From positions 4,000-67,999 of the forward strand of contig JACNJE010000080.1 of assembly GCA_014382705.1 (NCBI GenBank): a stretch of DNA of 64,000 bases, in the 5' to 3' direction. Position numbers and translations under genes: made by a program. Numbering within the stretch: the stretch's first letter is position 1; the number at the start of each line of letters is the position of its first letter. This document shows positions 1 to 9,968 of the stretch, piece after piece. Source of the stretch: Verrucomicrobiota bacterium (GTDB lineage: Bacteria; Verrucomicrobiota; Verrucomicrobiia; Limisphaerales; UBA1096). The notes under the pieces are model-generated. The model made no database searches. It was not told where the DNA came from and was given only the letters and a program-made list of their open reading frames with translations.

Positions 1-2325
1 GAGGGAGACAGCGTCTCGGTGGATGATCCCAAGGACATGGCCGACTCGAGCGGCGACATCAAGAACATCTCAGCCCACGTCGAGGGCGATGACCTGCACC
101 TCTCGATGAGCGTTTACGGCATCGCCGCCCCCTCGGTGGAGGAAACCCCCGAGGGGATGAAGAACCGCTACTACTACCATTGGCTCTTTGACACCGACAA
201 CGACACGGCCACCGGCTTCAAGAACGACGCCTACGAGGGCAACCCGACCGGCTTGGCCAAGCCGCTTGGTGTCGACCTGGTCGTCCAGTTGGGCTGGCGC
301 GACGGCAAGCCCAACGGCGTCTACGCCTACGACCCGGGCGTCGGCGACGACTCCCCGCTGGTATCGGACTACGCCTTCTCCAGAAGCGGCGACACGATCA
401 GCGCGGTGATTCCGTTGGCCGACCTCGGCTTGGCCAAGGGCCAATCCATCGGCTACTCCGCCTTCCAGGAAGGGGCGAGCGACGGCTGGGCGGTCGACTG
501 GGTCGAGTCCGACAGCTTGACGCTCGAGGGAGCTGAGGACGAGGATGGCATTGCGTCGGTGGATGATCCGAAGGACATGGCCGACTCGAGTGGCGACATC
601 AAGCAGATTCAGGCGTTGGTGGAGGATGGAAACCTGTATTTGAGGATGTCTGTTTACGGCATCGCCGCCCCGTCGGTGGAGCAGACGCCCGAGGGGATGA
701 AGAACCGCTATTACTACCATTGGCTCTTCGACACCGACAACGACACGGCCACCGGCTTCAAGAACGACGCCTACGAGGGCAACCCCACCGGCTTGGCCAA
801 GCCGCTTGGTGTGGATCTGGTTGTCCAGTTGGGGTGGCGCGACGGCAAACCCAACGGCGTGTACGCCTACGATCCCGGCGTCGGCGATGACACGCCGCTG
901 GTCAAGGACTACACCTTCGCCGCCGGCGGCGACTCGGTCGAAGCCGTGATCCCCTTGGCCGACCTCGGGCTGGCGCTTGGCCAATCGGTTGGTTTCTCAG
1001 CCTTTCAAGAGGGTGCCAGTGATGGCTGGGCCGTCGACTGGGTCGAGTCCACCGTGGTCACCCTGAGCCAGGACACGAAGGTGGACATGACGCTGGAGAC
1101 GATGTTTGCCGGCAATGCGTTCGGCTTTGAGATTCAGGTCAAGGATGACGGCGACACGAAGGTCGATGCCGCGAGCGTCGCTGTGTCGGTGGACGGCACC
1201 GCCGCAGAGGCATCCGTCACCCAGGCGGACGGCATCACCGTGATCACCGGCCGGAACCCCTCCCTGCTGCCGCAGGAAACCGCCCACACCGTCAGCCTCA
1301 CGCTGGACGCCGGCGGCGCGACACAGTCCAAGGACTTCGTCTTCAACGTGGACGCCTACACGGTGCTGCCAGCCGACAGCCGTGTGGCGGCCATCAAGGA
1401 GGGCGAGAGCAAGCGCGGCCTGATGGTCGGCGTGACCCAGATCAGCTCTGCCTCCACCGGGCAGCAAAGCGTGCACGAAAACATCGCCGAACTGGCCGAG
1501 AAACAGCTCGCCGGCAAAATACTGGATCCGGATTATGAGGACGAGGAGGTGCCTTATCTGAACGAGGCCCACGAGGACGCCGAAGAGGAGTTCGTCGTCG
1601 TCTATGAGGTGGCGGATCTGGTCAACTGGTTTGAACAGGCGCCGGGCGAATCCGGACACTTCCGGGCCGGGCTCGGCTACGAGGACAAGGTCTTTCCCCT
1701 GCTGCCCGGCTGGGGCGGCATGCACGACGGCGTGGTGATCGAGATCAACGCCTGGCTGGAACTCGAGGCCGGTTCCTACAAGATCGGGATGCACAGCGAG
1801 GGCGGCTGGAAGGTCAACGCCGGCTTCGAGCCGGACGGCCCCGTGATCGGCGTTTACGACAACTCAAAGATGCTTCCGGGGGACGACAATATTCTCGGCA
1901 CGGACGATGACGTCCCGCTCAAGCAGGTGCCCACCTATTACGCGCGGGATCAATACGTCAACTTCGTCGCCGAGGAGCCGGGGCTGTACCCGGTTCGCTT
2001 CGTGTGGTTCCAGAGCAGCCACCGCAAGGAGCCCGGCATGACGCTCGAGTTGTACTCGGTCAGGGACCGGGCCAAGCACCTGCTCAACGACACCAGCGAT
2101 CCCAAGGCCATCAAGGCCTGGTACGAGATCGTGGAGGCCGAGTTGAAGGTGCCGGCCATCAGCATCCGCCGCGAGGGCGGCAAGGTGGTGGTCGAGTGGG
2201 TCGGCACCCTCCAGGCAGCGGACAATGTCAACGGCCCATGGAGCGACGTGGCCGATGACAGCAGCAGCCCAATGACACTGACCCCGGACCAGGCTCGGCA
2301 GTTCGGCCGCGCCGTGAGGAAATAA
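1..2325 (+). CDS. Large acidic secreted/surface protein, 5'-partial; two ~170-aa repeats, PA14-like region, C-terminal '[13 protein letters not shown]' tail
   Basis: Frame is open from base 1 ([11 protein letters not shown]...). [14 protein letters not shown]...GWAVDWVES occurs twice. The C-terminal tail resembles those of verrucomicrobial exported proteins. Confidence 0.8.
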   Translation, partial: EGDSVSVDDPKDMADSSGDIKNISAHVEGDDLHLSMSVYGIAAPSVEETPEGMKNRYYYHWLFDTDNDTATGFKNDAYEGNPTGLAKPLGVDLVVQLGWRDGKPNGVYAYDPGVGDDSPLVSDYAFSRSGDTISAVIPLADLGLAKGQSIGYSAFQEGASDGWAVDWVESDSLTLEGAEDEDGIASVDDPKDMADSSGDIKQIQALVEDGNLYLRMSVYGIAAPSVEQTPEGMKNRYYYHWLFDTDNDTATGFKNDAYEGNPTGLAKPLGVDLVVQLGWRDGKPNGVYAYDPGVGDDTPLVKDYTFAAGGDSVEAVIPLADLGLALGQSVGFSAFQEGASDGWAVDWVESTVVTLSQDTKVDMTLETMFAGNAFGFEIQVKDDGDTKVDAASVAVSVDGTAAEASVTQADGITVITGRNPSLLPQETAHTVSLTLDAGGATQSKDFVFNVDAYTVLPADSRVAAIKEGESKRGLMVGVTQISSASTGQQSVHENIAELAEKQLAGKILDPDYEDEEVPYLNEAHEDAEEEFVVVYEVADLVNWFEQAPGESGHFRAGLGYEDKVFPLLPGWGGMHDGVVIEINAWLELEAGSYKIGMHSEGGWKVNAGFEPDGPVIGVYDNSKMLPGDDNILGTDDDVPLKQVPTYYARDQYVNFVAEEPGLYPVRFVWFQSSHRKEPGMTLELYSVRDRAKHLLNDTSDPKAIKAWYEIVEAELKVPAISIRREGGKVVVEWVGTLQAADNVNGPWSDVADDSSSPMTLTPDQARQFGRAVRK
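14..1050 (+). repeat. Intragenic direct duplication, ~500 bp unit, 540 bp period
   Basis: ~14-510 vs ~554-1050; near-identical core, e.g. gaggggatgaagaaccgcta...gacaccgacaacgacacggccaccggcttcaagaacgacgcctacgagggcaac in both. Confidence 0.9.
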
Positions 2326-2408
2326 ACATTTGGGTTATGGTGGTTAATGGGGTGGAGGCGGGCAGCAATGTCCGCCTCTTTTCCCATCCACACAGGCCAT
2401 TTTTAATC

Positions 2409-3212
2409 ATGCGCAGGAACACCGGAAACCACCCGCGACACAGCGCCGGCTTCACCCTGATCGAACTGCTGGTGGTGATCGCCATCATCGCCATCCTGGC
2501 CGCACTGCTCCTCCCGGCCCTCTCCAAGGCCAAGGCCAAGGCGCGCGAGATCACCTGCATCAGCAACTTCAAGCAGTTGCAGCTGTGCTGGCAGATGTAC
2601 ACCGACGACAACGACTACGTCGTCCCCCCCAACCACAACGCCGGCAGCGGCAGCGCATGGATCAGCCTGAGGGGCTCGTGGATCCTCGGCAACGCCAAGC
2701 GCGACATCACGGATTTAAACATTCGAAACGGCATCCTGTTCAAGTACAACGACTCCACCACCATCTACCGCTGCCCGGCCGACCGCGGCAAGGCCGTGTA
2801 TCAGGGACGCGACTATCCCCGGACACGCTCCTGCTCCATCGTTGACAAGATGGGCAAACGCGGCCAAAAGTTCTCGGACATCCGCAACCCCGGGCCGTCC
2901 GGCTCGCTTGTGTTCATGGACGAGGACGCCTACAGCATCAACGACGGCAATATCGGCCTGCGTTACTACCCGCAAACCAAGTGGGGCGACGGCCCGGCCA
3001 AGCGCCACGGCTGGCTGCCGCCCGATCCGGACCGGCAGCCGATGGGGGAGTTTGGCAGCGGCGCAGTCATGAGTTTCGCCGACGGCCGCGCCGAGCGCTG
3101 GGGCTGGCAGTCCCCCCACCCCTTCCTGCGCGGCAAACCCCGCGACGAGGCCATCCCGGACCTGCGCCGCATCCAGCGCCACCTGACCAACCAACCCGCC
3201 CCCCTCCCTTGA
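2409..3212 (+). CDS. Prepilin-type N-terminal cleavage/methylation protein (DUF1559 / H-X9-DG type)
   Basis: [38 protein letters not shown] and C-terminal SFADG; ATG at 2409 preferred. Confidence 0.9.
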   Translation: MRRNTGNHPRHSAGFTLIELLVVIAIIAILAALLLPALSKAKAKAREITCISNFKQLQLCWQMYTDDNDYVVPPNHNAGSGSAWISLRGSWILGNAKRDITDLNIRNGILFKYNDSTTIYRCPADRGKAVYQGRDYPRTRSCSIVDKMGKRGQKFSDIRNPGPSGSLVFMDEDAYSINDGNIGLRYYPQTKWGDGPAKRHGWLPPDPDRQPMGEFGSGAVMSFADGRAERWGWQSPHPFLRGKPRDEAIPDLRRIQRHLTNQPAPLP

Positions 3213-3219
3213 ACCCCGA

Positions 3220-4407
3220 ATGACGTTCCCCCCGCTTGGTTTGTTCGCGTTGCTGGCTTCGTTGAGTGTCGCCCCCTTGGCCAAGGCCGCGCCCCTCTAC
3301 TCCACCGCCGACATCTTTCCGCCCGGCAAAAAGCACACCCACTCCAGCAGCATCGTGCAATGCCCCAACGGCGACCTGCTGGCCTGCTGGTATCACGGCT
3401 CCGGCGAACGCACGGCGGATGACGTGGTCGTGCAGGGTGCCCGCCTGAAAAAAGGGGCCAAGCGTTGGAGCCCGGTCTTCGAGATGGCCGACACGCCCGG
3501 CTTCCCCGACTGCAACCCGATCCTGCACATCGATCCCAAGGGCCGGCTCCGCTTGTTCTGGGTCGCGGTGCTGGCAAATCGCTGGGAATGCAGCCTGCTG
3601 AAGGTCAAGCGTGCGGAGGATTTTCAGGGTCAGGGGCCGCCCATCTGGTCGTGGCAGGATATCGTGCCCCTCAAGCCGGGACCGGAGTTCGCTCAAACGA
3701 TGGAACAGCGCTTCGACGAGATCAAACTCAACACTGCGATGTGGGCCGAATACGCCCGGCCGTACGAGGATCTGCTGCTGAAGGCCGCCCGCGACCCGTT
3801 CAAGCGGCAGACCGGCTGGATGCCCCGCACCCACCCGCTGACGCTGCCAGGCGGGCGGATCCTGCTCCCGCTTTACTCGGACGGCTTCAACGCCTCGCTC
3901 GTGGCGATCTCCGACGACCACGGCGACACGTGGCGGGCCAGCCGGCCGATCATCGGCCTTGGCCCCATCCAGCCCAGCTTGGCCAGGCGGCGCGACGGGA
4001 CGATCGTTGCGTTTTGCCGGGACTCTGGCCCGCCTCCGGGCCGGGTGATGGCGAGCCTCTCCCGCGACAACGGCGAAACCTGGAGCGCGGCGCGGGACAC
4101 CGCCCTCCCCAATCCCGGCTCCAGCCTCGACGTAACCGTCCTGCAAGACGGGCGCTGGCTCATCGTTTACAACGACTCCACCCGATCCCGCGACAACCTC
4201 ACCGCCGCCCTTTCCGCAGACGAGGGCAGAACTTGGCCCATCAAGCGCCGGCTCGAGCCACAGGGCGACGGAGCCACCTCCTTCGGCTACCCCGCCGTCC
4301 TCCAGGCGGCCGACGGCGCGGTGCACCTCACCTACACCTGTAACGGCCCGCGCGGCAACCGGATCCGCCACGGCGTCCTGCAACCGGCACAACTCATCGC
4401 CAAGTAG
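3220..4407 (+). CDS. BNR-repeat sialidase-family (GH33-like) secreted protein
   Basis: Signal peptide; Asp-boxes SDDHGDTW, SRDNGETW, SADEGRTW; HSSSIV..NGDLLACWY start. Confidence 0.85.
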   Translation: MTFPPLGLFALLASLSVAPLAKAAPLYSTADIFPPGKKHTHSSSIVQCPNGDLLACWYHGSGERTADDVVVQGARLKKGAKRWSPVFEMADTPGFPDCNPILHIDPKGRLRLFWVAVLANRWECSLLKVKRAEDFQGQGPPIWSWQDIVPLKPGPEFAQTMEQRFDEIKLNTAMWAEYARPYEDLLLKAARDPFKRQTGWMPRTHPLTLPGGRILLPLYSDGFNASLVAISDDHGDTWRASRPIIGLGPIQPSLARRRDGTIVAFCRDSGPPPGRVMASLSRDNGETWSAARDTALPNPGSSLDVTVLQDGRWLIVYNDSTRSRDNLTAALSADEGRTWPIKRRLEPQGDGATSFGYPAVLQAADGAVHLTYTCNGPRGNRIRHGVLQPAQLIAK

Positions 4408-4464
4408 CGCTTGGCCAAGCGGGCGGGCAACCGGCGGTGGTCCTCAAAAGTCGCGCATCATTCG

Positions 4465-4920
4465 TTACCCCAGCATCCCCATGATCGTGCTGCCCGCAAC
4501 AAACATAATCCCGTAAGTGATGGCGGTGGTCAGCAGCGAGACCAGCGCGCCCTTCAGGATGCCGATCGGATCCCCATCCATTTCGATGAACCTGCCCAGC
4601 AGAAAGGAGCCGACAACAAACTGCCCCGCGTAGGCGATGATGGGCGTCTTGAATGCCACCATCATGATCACGACATAAACGAAGAGCAGGATCGCCATCA
4701 GGACATAAGAGGCCTTGAACGAGACGTCCTCCTTGAAGATTGCGCGAACCGCCAGTTTCAGGCTGGCCGCCTGAATGGGAACCACGATGCCAAGGACGAT
4801 GACGGCAAACATCACCAAGACCTTGGCCAACACCAAGATGGCGGGAATGATCTGCCCCAACATGAACATCGCCGCCCCCAGGATGAGGATGGCCACAATC
4901 AACCCGGCTGTCGCATTCAT
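4465..4920 (-). CDS. Hypothetical integral membrane protein
   Basis: 151 aa, almost entirely hydrophobic helices; fills the gap between flanking genes. Confidence 0.7.
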   Translation of the reverse strand: MNATAGLIVAILILGAAMFMLGQIIPAILVLAKVLVMFAVIVLGIVVPIQAASLKLAVRAIFKEDVSFKASYVLMAILLFVYVVIMMVAFKTPIIAYAGQFVVGSFLLGRFIEMDGDPIGILKGALVSLLTTAITYGIMFVAGSTIMGMLG

Positions 4921-5013
4921 GCGGGAAGAATACGGGACAGTTTATCTTTTAGTCAATTATTTTTTTAGACTCTTTTCCATCGCCCCGGTCCCGCTTGGGA
5001 CGACAGGACAGCG

Positions 5014-6456
5014 TCAGGCGATGATTTCCCGGAGCACCCGGCCGCCGATGTCGGTCAGCTTGCGGATGCGCCCGGCGTGGCGATAGTTGACCGCCTCCTG
5101 GTCGAGCCCCATCAGGTCAAGGATCGTCGCGTGCACGTCGCGAACGTGGAGGGTCTCGCCGATGCCGCGCAGGCTGAACTCGTCGGTTGCCCCGGCGGTG
5201 GTGCCTCCCCGAATGCCGCCGCCGGCCATCCACATGGTCAATGCCCACGAGTTGTGCTCCCGGCCGGGGCGCGACGACATGCCGCCGTTCAGGAACGGTG
5301 TGCGGCCCATCTCGGAAGCCCACACGACGAGGGTCTCGTCGAGCAAACCACGCTGCTTGAGATCGGCCAGCAAACCGGCGACGGGACGATCGACCTCCGA
5401 GCAGTGGCGGATCATGCCCCCTTTCACGTCGCCGTGATCATCCCAACTCGAGGAAGTGATCTGCACGCCGTGTACGAGCAGCGTGTGGCGCACGCCGCTC
5501 TCGACCATGCGCCGCGCCAGCAGGCATTGGCGGCCGAAACCGGAGGTGGTGCCGTTGTCCAGACCGTACAGGTCGCGGATGTGCCGTGGCTCGCTGCTGA
5601 TATCCATCAGTTCCGGTGCCTCGTTCTGCATGCGAAACGCCAGTTCGTAGGCGCTGATGCGCGCCTCGAGTTCGCTGTCGCTACCGCGCTTGGCCAAGTG
5701 GCGGCGGTTGAGCCACTGCAGTGCATCCATCTCACGGCGCTGCCGGATGCGGCCGATGCCGTCGGGAGAATCGAGGTTCAGGATCGGCGTGCCGCTCGGC
5801 CGCAGCAGGGTGCCCTGATGCGCCGCTGGGAGGTAGCCGTTGCTCCAGATGGCCGCGCCATTGACCGGTGCCCCGCGAGGATCCTGGATAACCACGTATC
5901 CCGGCATGTTGTGGTTGGCGCTGCCCAGCCCGTAGCTCACCCAGGAACCGACCGATGGGCTGCCGGGAAACTGGCTGCCGGTGTTCACATGCAGCGTTGA
6001 CGGGCCGTGGTTCTGGTTGTCGGTCTTGATGCCGTGGATGAACGCCAGGTCGTCGGCATGGCCGGAAAGCTGCGGGAACCGGTCGGACATCAAGCGGCCA
6101 CTCTGGCCGTGCCGGGCAAACTCGAACGGGCTGCCGACGGTGACGTGCGGGAACGAGAGGCGCCCCTGCAGTTCGCCGGAAATCTCGGGGATGCGGGAGA
6201 GCGGCTTGCCGTGCAGTTCACGCAGCCGGGGCTTGTACTCGAACGAGTCCATCTGGCTCACGCCGCCCTGCATGAACAGGAAGATGCAGTTTTTCGCCTT
6301 GCGTGCGAAATGGGTCCGCCGCGGTGCAAACGGGTTTTCTTGGCCAACGGCGGCACGCAGGTCGTCCGCCAGCACACCGCCCAGGCCAAGCGCCCCGATG
6401 CCGTTCCAGGCTCGGGAGAGAAACTCCCTGCGGTTTGGCCAAGCGCTTGGTTTCAT
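5014..6456 (-). CDS. DUF1501 domain protein (Tat substrate)
   Basis: NRREFL twin-arginine motif; AKNCIFLFMQGGVSQMDSF, FGRQCLLARRMVESGVR, LKQRGLLDETLVVWASEMGRTP. Confidence 0.92.
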   Translation of the reverse strand: MKPSAWPNRREFLSRAWNGIGALGLGGVLADDLRAAVGQENPFAPRRTHFARKAKNCIFLFMQGGVSQMDSFEYKPRLRELHGKPLSRIPEISGELQGRLSFPHVTVGSPFEFARHGQSGRLMSDRFPQLSGHADDLAFIHGIKTDNQNHGPSTLHVNTGSQFPGSPSVGSWVSYGLGSANHNMPGYVVIQDPRGAPVNGAAIWSNGYLPAAHQGTLLRPSGTPILNLDSPDGIGRIRQRREMDALQWLNRRHLAKRGSDSELEARISAYELAFRMQNEAPELMDISSEPRHIRDLYGLDNGTTSGFGRQCLLARRMVESGVRHTLLVHGVQITSSSWDDHGDVKGGMIRHCSEVDRPVAGLLADLKQRGLLDETLVVWASEMGRTPFLNGGMSSRPGREHNSWALTMWMAGGGIRGGTTAGATDEFSLRGIGETLHVRDVHATILDLMGLDQEAVNYRHAGRIRKLTDIGGRVLREIIA

Positions 6457-6572
6457 CTGAACGCCGAAAAACTACCACCCGTTCATGCAAATGCGAGCGG
6501 GAATTTCGCCACCCGCAGAACCGGATTCCGCGAGGCGACGGGGAGGGGGAGGGACTGGATCGAAGCGTCGGC

Positions 6573-6872
6573 TCAGGCAGCGTTGGGGTTCACACACTTC
6601 GGCCCCTTGAGCGGCTCCTTGACGTTGGGGATGACGGGGTGGTTCTCGGCTTCCTTGTTGAGGTCGATCCACTCCTGCTGATCCTCCGGCACGTCATCCT
6701 CGGCGAAGATGGCCTCCACCGGGCATTCCGGCACACAGGCATCGCAGTCGATGCAGGTGTCGGGATTGATCAGCAGCCGGTCCGGTGCCTCATGGAAGGC
6801 CTCCACCGGGCAAACCTCCACACAACTGGTGTAAACACAGTCAACGCACGCTCCTGTCACTACGAATGCAAT
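6573..6872 (-). CDS. fdxA: 7Fe (3Fe-4S/4Fe-4S) ferredoxin, FdxA type
   Basis: AFVVTGACVDCVYTSCVEVCPVEAFHE...INPDTCIDCDACVPECPVEAIF. The codon at the expected Met position is ATT (6872). Confidence 0.88.
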   Translation of the reverse strand: MAFVVTGACVDCVYTSCVEVCPVEAFHEAPDRLLINPDTCIDCDACVPECPVEAIFAEDDVPEDQQEWIDLNKEAENHPVIPNVKEPLKGPKCVNPNAA

Positions 6873-6962
6873 AATTGCCTTTCTGATCGATGTTGGTTCC
6901 GCGAACGACGCGACGGTGTGCATATGACTCGCCCAAGTCAAGCCAATACCGTGCGGCCCGGA

Positions 6963-9866
6963 TCAGTCGATGTAAACGAACTCGTTGGCGTTGAGCAGGA
7001 CGCGGCAGAATCCGTTCAGGGCAGCGTCCGCGTCGGCCGCCTGTCCCAGCAGACGGCTGAAATACCGGGACTCCCCTGCGCTTGGCGGACGGCCAAGCGC
7101 CAGCCGACAGGCCAGGCGCACTTTTTCCTCCGCGCTCTCCCCGGCCTCGCGCTGGATGCGCCCGGCCAGGGCGGCGGCCTCCTCGTTCACAAAGTCGCCA
7201 TTGAACAGCGACAACGCCTGTAGCGGCGTGACGGAGGTGCGTCGGCGAGGCCGTGACTCGTCGCACACCGTCGAGTCGAACGCCTGCATGAACGGCATGT
7301 TCAGCGTGCGCTGCTGGTAGATGTAAATGCTGCGCTTGCGCCCGGCGTGGTCGAGCTGCGTATCCCACTTGTTCTCGGAGTACTTCACCGTCTCGGCGAT
7401 GTCGCCCGGCAGCGGCGGGAAAATCGGCAGGCCGTACAGTTCCGGGTTCAGCCGGCCACTCACCGCGAGCACGCTGTCGCGGATGGATTCGGCGTCGAGC
7501 CGCCGCCGCTCGCGGCGCCACCACAGGTTGTTCAACGGATCGACCGTCAAGGCCGCCTCATTTTTCACCAGTGACGACTGTCGATAGGTGCTGGAGGTGA
7601 CAATCAGCCGGTGCATCGACTTCAGGCTCCAGCCCCTGTCGACGAAACGTCCGGCCAACCAGTCGAGTAGTCCCGGGTGTGTCACGCCTCCGCTGAGTTT
7701 GCCGAAGTCGCTTGGTGTCCGGACCAAGCCGCGGCCGAAGTGCCGGTACCAAAGGCGGTTCATCATCACGCGGGCGGTGAGCGGGTTGTCCCGGCTGGCG
7801 ATCCAGTTGGCCAAGGCCATACGGCGGCTCCGCGTCGGCCAGCGCTTGAACGGGTCAAGCCGGACAGCCGCCGGTTTCGTGTGGCCGGCGATGATGCCCG
7901 GGAACCCGGCCTTCACCACCGGACCGGGGTTGTCGTACTCGCCGCGCAGCTTGACGGTGGTGACCGGCACGCCCGGCTCGTACGGCGGCCCGAACGAATG
8001 CCGCAGCGACATGGCAACCGGCTTGAGCCGCTTGAGGTGCTGCTTGACGAAGCGTTCCCGGTTCTCCAGTCGATAAAAGAGATCCCGCTCGTTCTTGGTG
8101 AACAGATCGTTGGAGTAGTCGTAGATTTGGTCGCGCAGTTTGGTGCCCTTGGCCGCGGCCGGGTTGATAAACGTCCCGAGCATCGCGCCGGCACCGCCGA
8201 CCTCGAATCCGTATCCCTCGCCGGTGTGGTCGGCGGAAAACACAACCACGACCGTGCCGGCCTGATCGTCGAGGAACTTGGCCAAGCCGCCACGGGCGAG
8301 GTCGCCCCGCAGAAAACTTTTGTCGAAATACAATGCCGGCGCTTGGCCAAGCCGCGCGAGCCGGGGCTGCCGGCTGACTTCCGCTTGGCCCAGCGCGGTC
8401 TTCGTGACCTTGTCCACCCAGACGCCGATGCGGTCGCCGTCGGCCGGGTTGGGAGTCTCGGCGTTGGCGTCCAGGTCGGCGGCGTCGAGCCAAAACCGCA
8501 GCCCGTCTGTGGGCGGCTCAGGCACCGCCCCTTCGCCGTGATACTTGGCCTTCACATAACGGTCGAGCGCGCCAAGTTCCCCGCCGTTCAGCGGACGGCC
8601 GTAAATCAACACCTCCGCGAACGCCCCCTTGTGGCCGGCGTTTTTGGGCTGGCCGGTGCCCTCGGTATAATCGCCGAGGCTGACGTACCCCGGCTTGGGA
8701 AGATCGCCGTACCATTTGCCGTTGTTCGCGCCGCTCTTGCTGCCCAGCGACCCGGCCGGTTTCCCGTCGGTGAAAAACGACCACGCCCTGCCATCGGTCG
8801 ACGCGACGGCGTAATGCGGCTGGCCGTCGGTCACGTTCGCGGGGTCGTAAAGATAGTCGTTGCCCAGGCCGCCGCCGTAAACCTGCAGGCCGAACCCGGC
8901 GTCGCGCCTGGCGATGCGCGGCTCCAGTTGCCTCGTCAACTCGGCCAGTTTCGACTTGGCCTCGCCGGCCTCGCGCTGCAGCCGGGCACGCTTGTCGTTG
9001 ATTAACGCCTCCTCATGGGCGCGGTAAAACCGCGCTGACAACGGGCCGCCGATCTGGAAGCCGTCACCCCGTTCGGGCGGCGGGAGCTGCACCGTCGAGA
9101 AGAACGCCTGCATGCGGTAAAAGTCCGCGATCGGGATGGCGTCATGCTTGTGGTCGTGGCACTGCGCGCAGCCCATCGTGAGCCCGAGAAACACGGAGCT
9201 GACCGTCGAGGTCATCTCGCTGAGCAGCTCGTGCCGGGAGCGGTCGCCGCGCGGCTCGGTGAACGGCGCGAGCCGCAAAAACGTCAGCGCGACGGTGCGC
9301 TCGGCGTCCATCCCCGGCAGTTCGCCCGCGCCCATGATCTCGTTGAACTCGTCGCCGGCGATCTGCTCGCGGATGAACAGGTCGTATGGCTTGTCGCGGT
9401 TGAGCGAGTCGATGACGTAGTCGCGGTAGCGCCACGCGTGCGGCATGTCGGGGTCGCCCTCGTAGCCGGCGGTGTCGGCGTACCGCGCCAGGTCGAGCCA
9501 GTGGCGCGCCCACCGTTCACCGTAGCGCGGATCGTTGAGCAGCCGGTCGACGAGCCGCTCGTAGGCAAGCGGGCTGCGGTCGTCGACAAAAGCGTCGGCG
9601 GCCTCCGGCTCCGGCGGCACGCCGAGCAGGTCGAGATACAGCCGCCGCACCAGCGCGCGGCGCTTGGCCAATGGCGCCGGCTCGATGCCGTTGGCCTCCA
9701 ACCGGGAGAGGATGAACGCGTCGATCGGGTTGCTGACCCAGTTGGTGTTCGTCACCGCCGGGGGGACGACCGGGACAACCGGCGTGAACGGCCAGCGCTT
9801 GGCCTGATCCGCCTGGCCAGGCGCACCCAACAACAGCGTGGCGGCGATAGTGGCAACAAATCGCAT
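6963..9866 (-). CDS. DUF1549/DUF1553 (PSCyt2/PSD1) protein with central LamG-like insert
   Basis: NPIDAFI, RYGERWARHWLDLARYADT, CAQCHDHK, NPLTARVMMNRLW, RRLDAESIRDS, NANEFVYID. Confidence 0.92.
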   Translation of the reverse strand: MRFVATIAATLLLGAPGQADQAKRWPFTPVVPVVPPAVTNTNWVSNPIDAFILSRLEANGIEPAPLAKRRALVRRLYLDLLGVPPEPEAADAFVDDRSPLAYERLVDRLLNDPRYGERWARHWLDLARYADTAGYEGDPDMPHAWRYRDYVIDSLNRDKPYDLFIREQIAGDEFNEIMGAGELPGMDAERTVALTFLRLAPFTEPRGDRSRHELLSEMTSTVSSVFLGLTMGCAQCHDHKHDAIPIADFYRMQAFFSTVQLPPPERGDGFQIGGPLSARFYRAHEEALINDKRARLQREAGEAKSKLAELTRQLEPRIARRDAGFGLQVYGGGLGNDYLYDPANVTDGQPHYAVASTDGRAWSFFTDGKPAGSLGSKSGANNGKWYGDLPKPGYVSLGDYTEGTGQPKNAGHKGAFAEVLIYGRPLNGGELGALDRYVKAKYHGEGAVPEPPTDGLRFWLDAADLDANAETPNPADGDRIGVWVDKVTKTALGQAEVSRQPRLARLGQAPALYFDKSFLRGDLARGGLAKFLDDQAGTVVVVFSADHTGEGYGFEVGGAGAMLGTFINPAAAKGTKLRDQIYDYSNDLFTKNERDLFYRLENRERFVKQHLKRLKPVAMSLRHSFGPPYEPGVPVTTVKLRGEYDNPGPVVKAGFPGIIAGHTKPAAVRLDPFKRWPTRSRRMALANWIASRDNPLTARVMMNRLWYRHFGRGLVRTPSDFGKLSGGVTHPGLLDWLAGRFVDRGWSLKSMHRLIVTSSTYRQSSLVKNEAALTVDPLNNLWWRRERRRLDAESIRDSVLAVSGRLNPELYGLPIFPPLPGDIAETVKYSENKWDTQLDHAGRKRSIYIYQQRTLNMPFMQAFDSTVCDESRPRRRTSVTPLQALSLFNGDFVNEEAAALAGRIQREAGESAEEKVRLACRLALGRPPSAGESRYFSRLLGQAADADAALNGFCRVLLNANEFVYID

Positions 9867-9968
9867 CGTCGTTTTCTGCTTTGGCGGAAGCTAGACGCAC
9901 CGTGACTCGATTGCAATCGTGCAGTTGCGGCATTGAAAACTGCCCCGATTTGGGTACATTCCCGGGAC

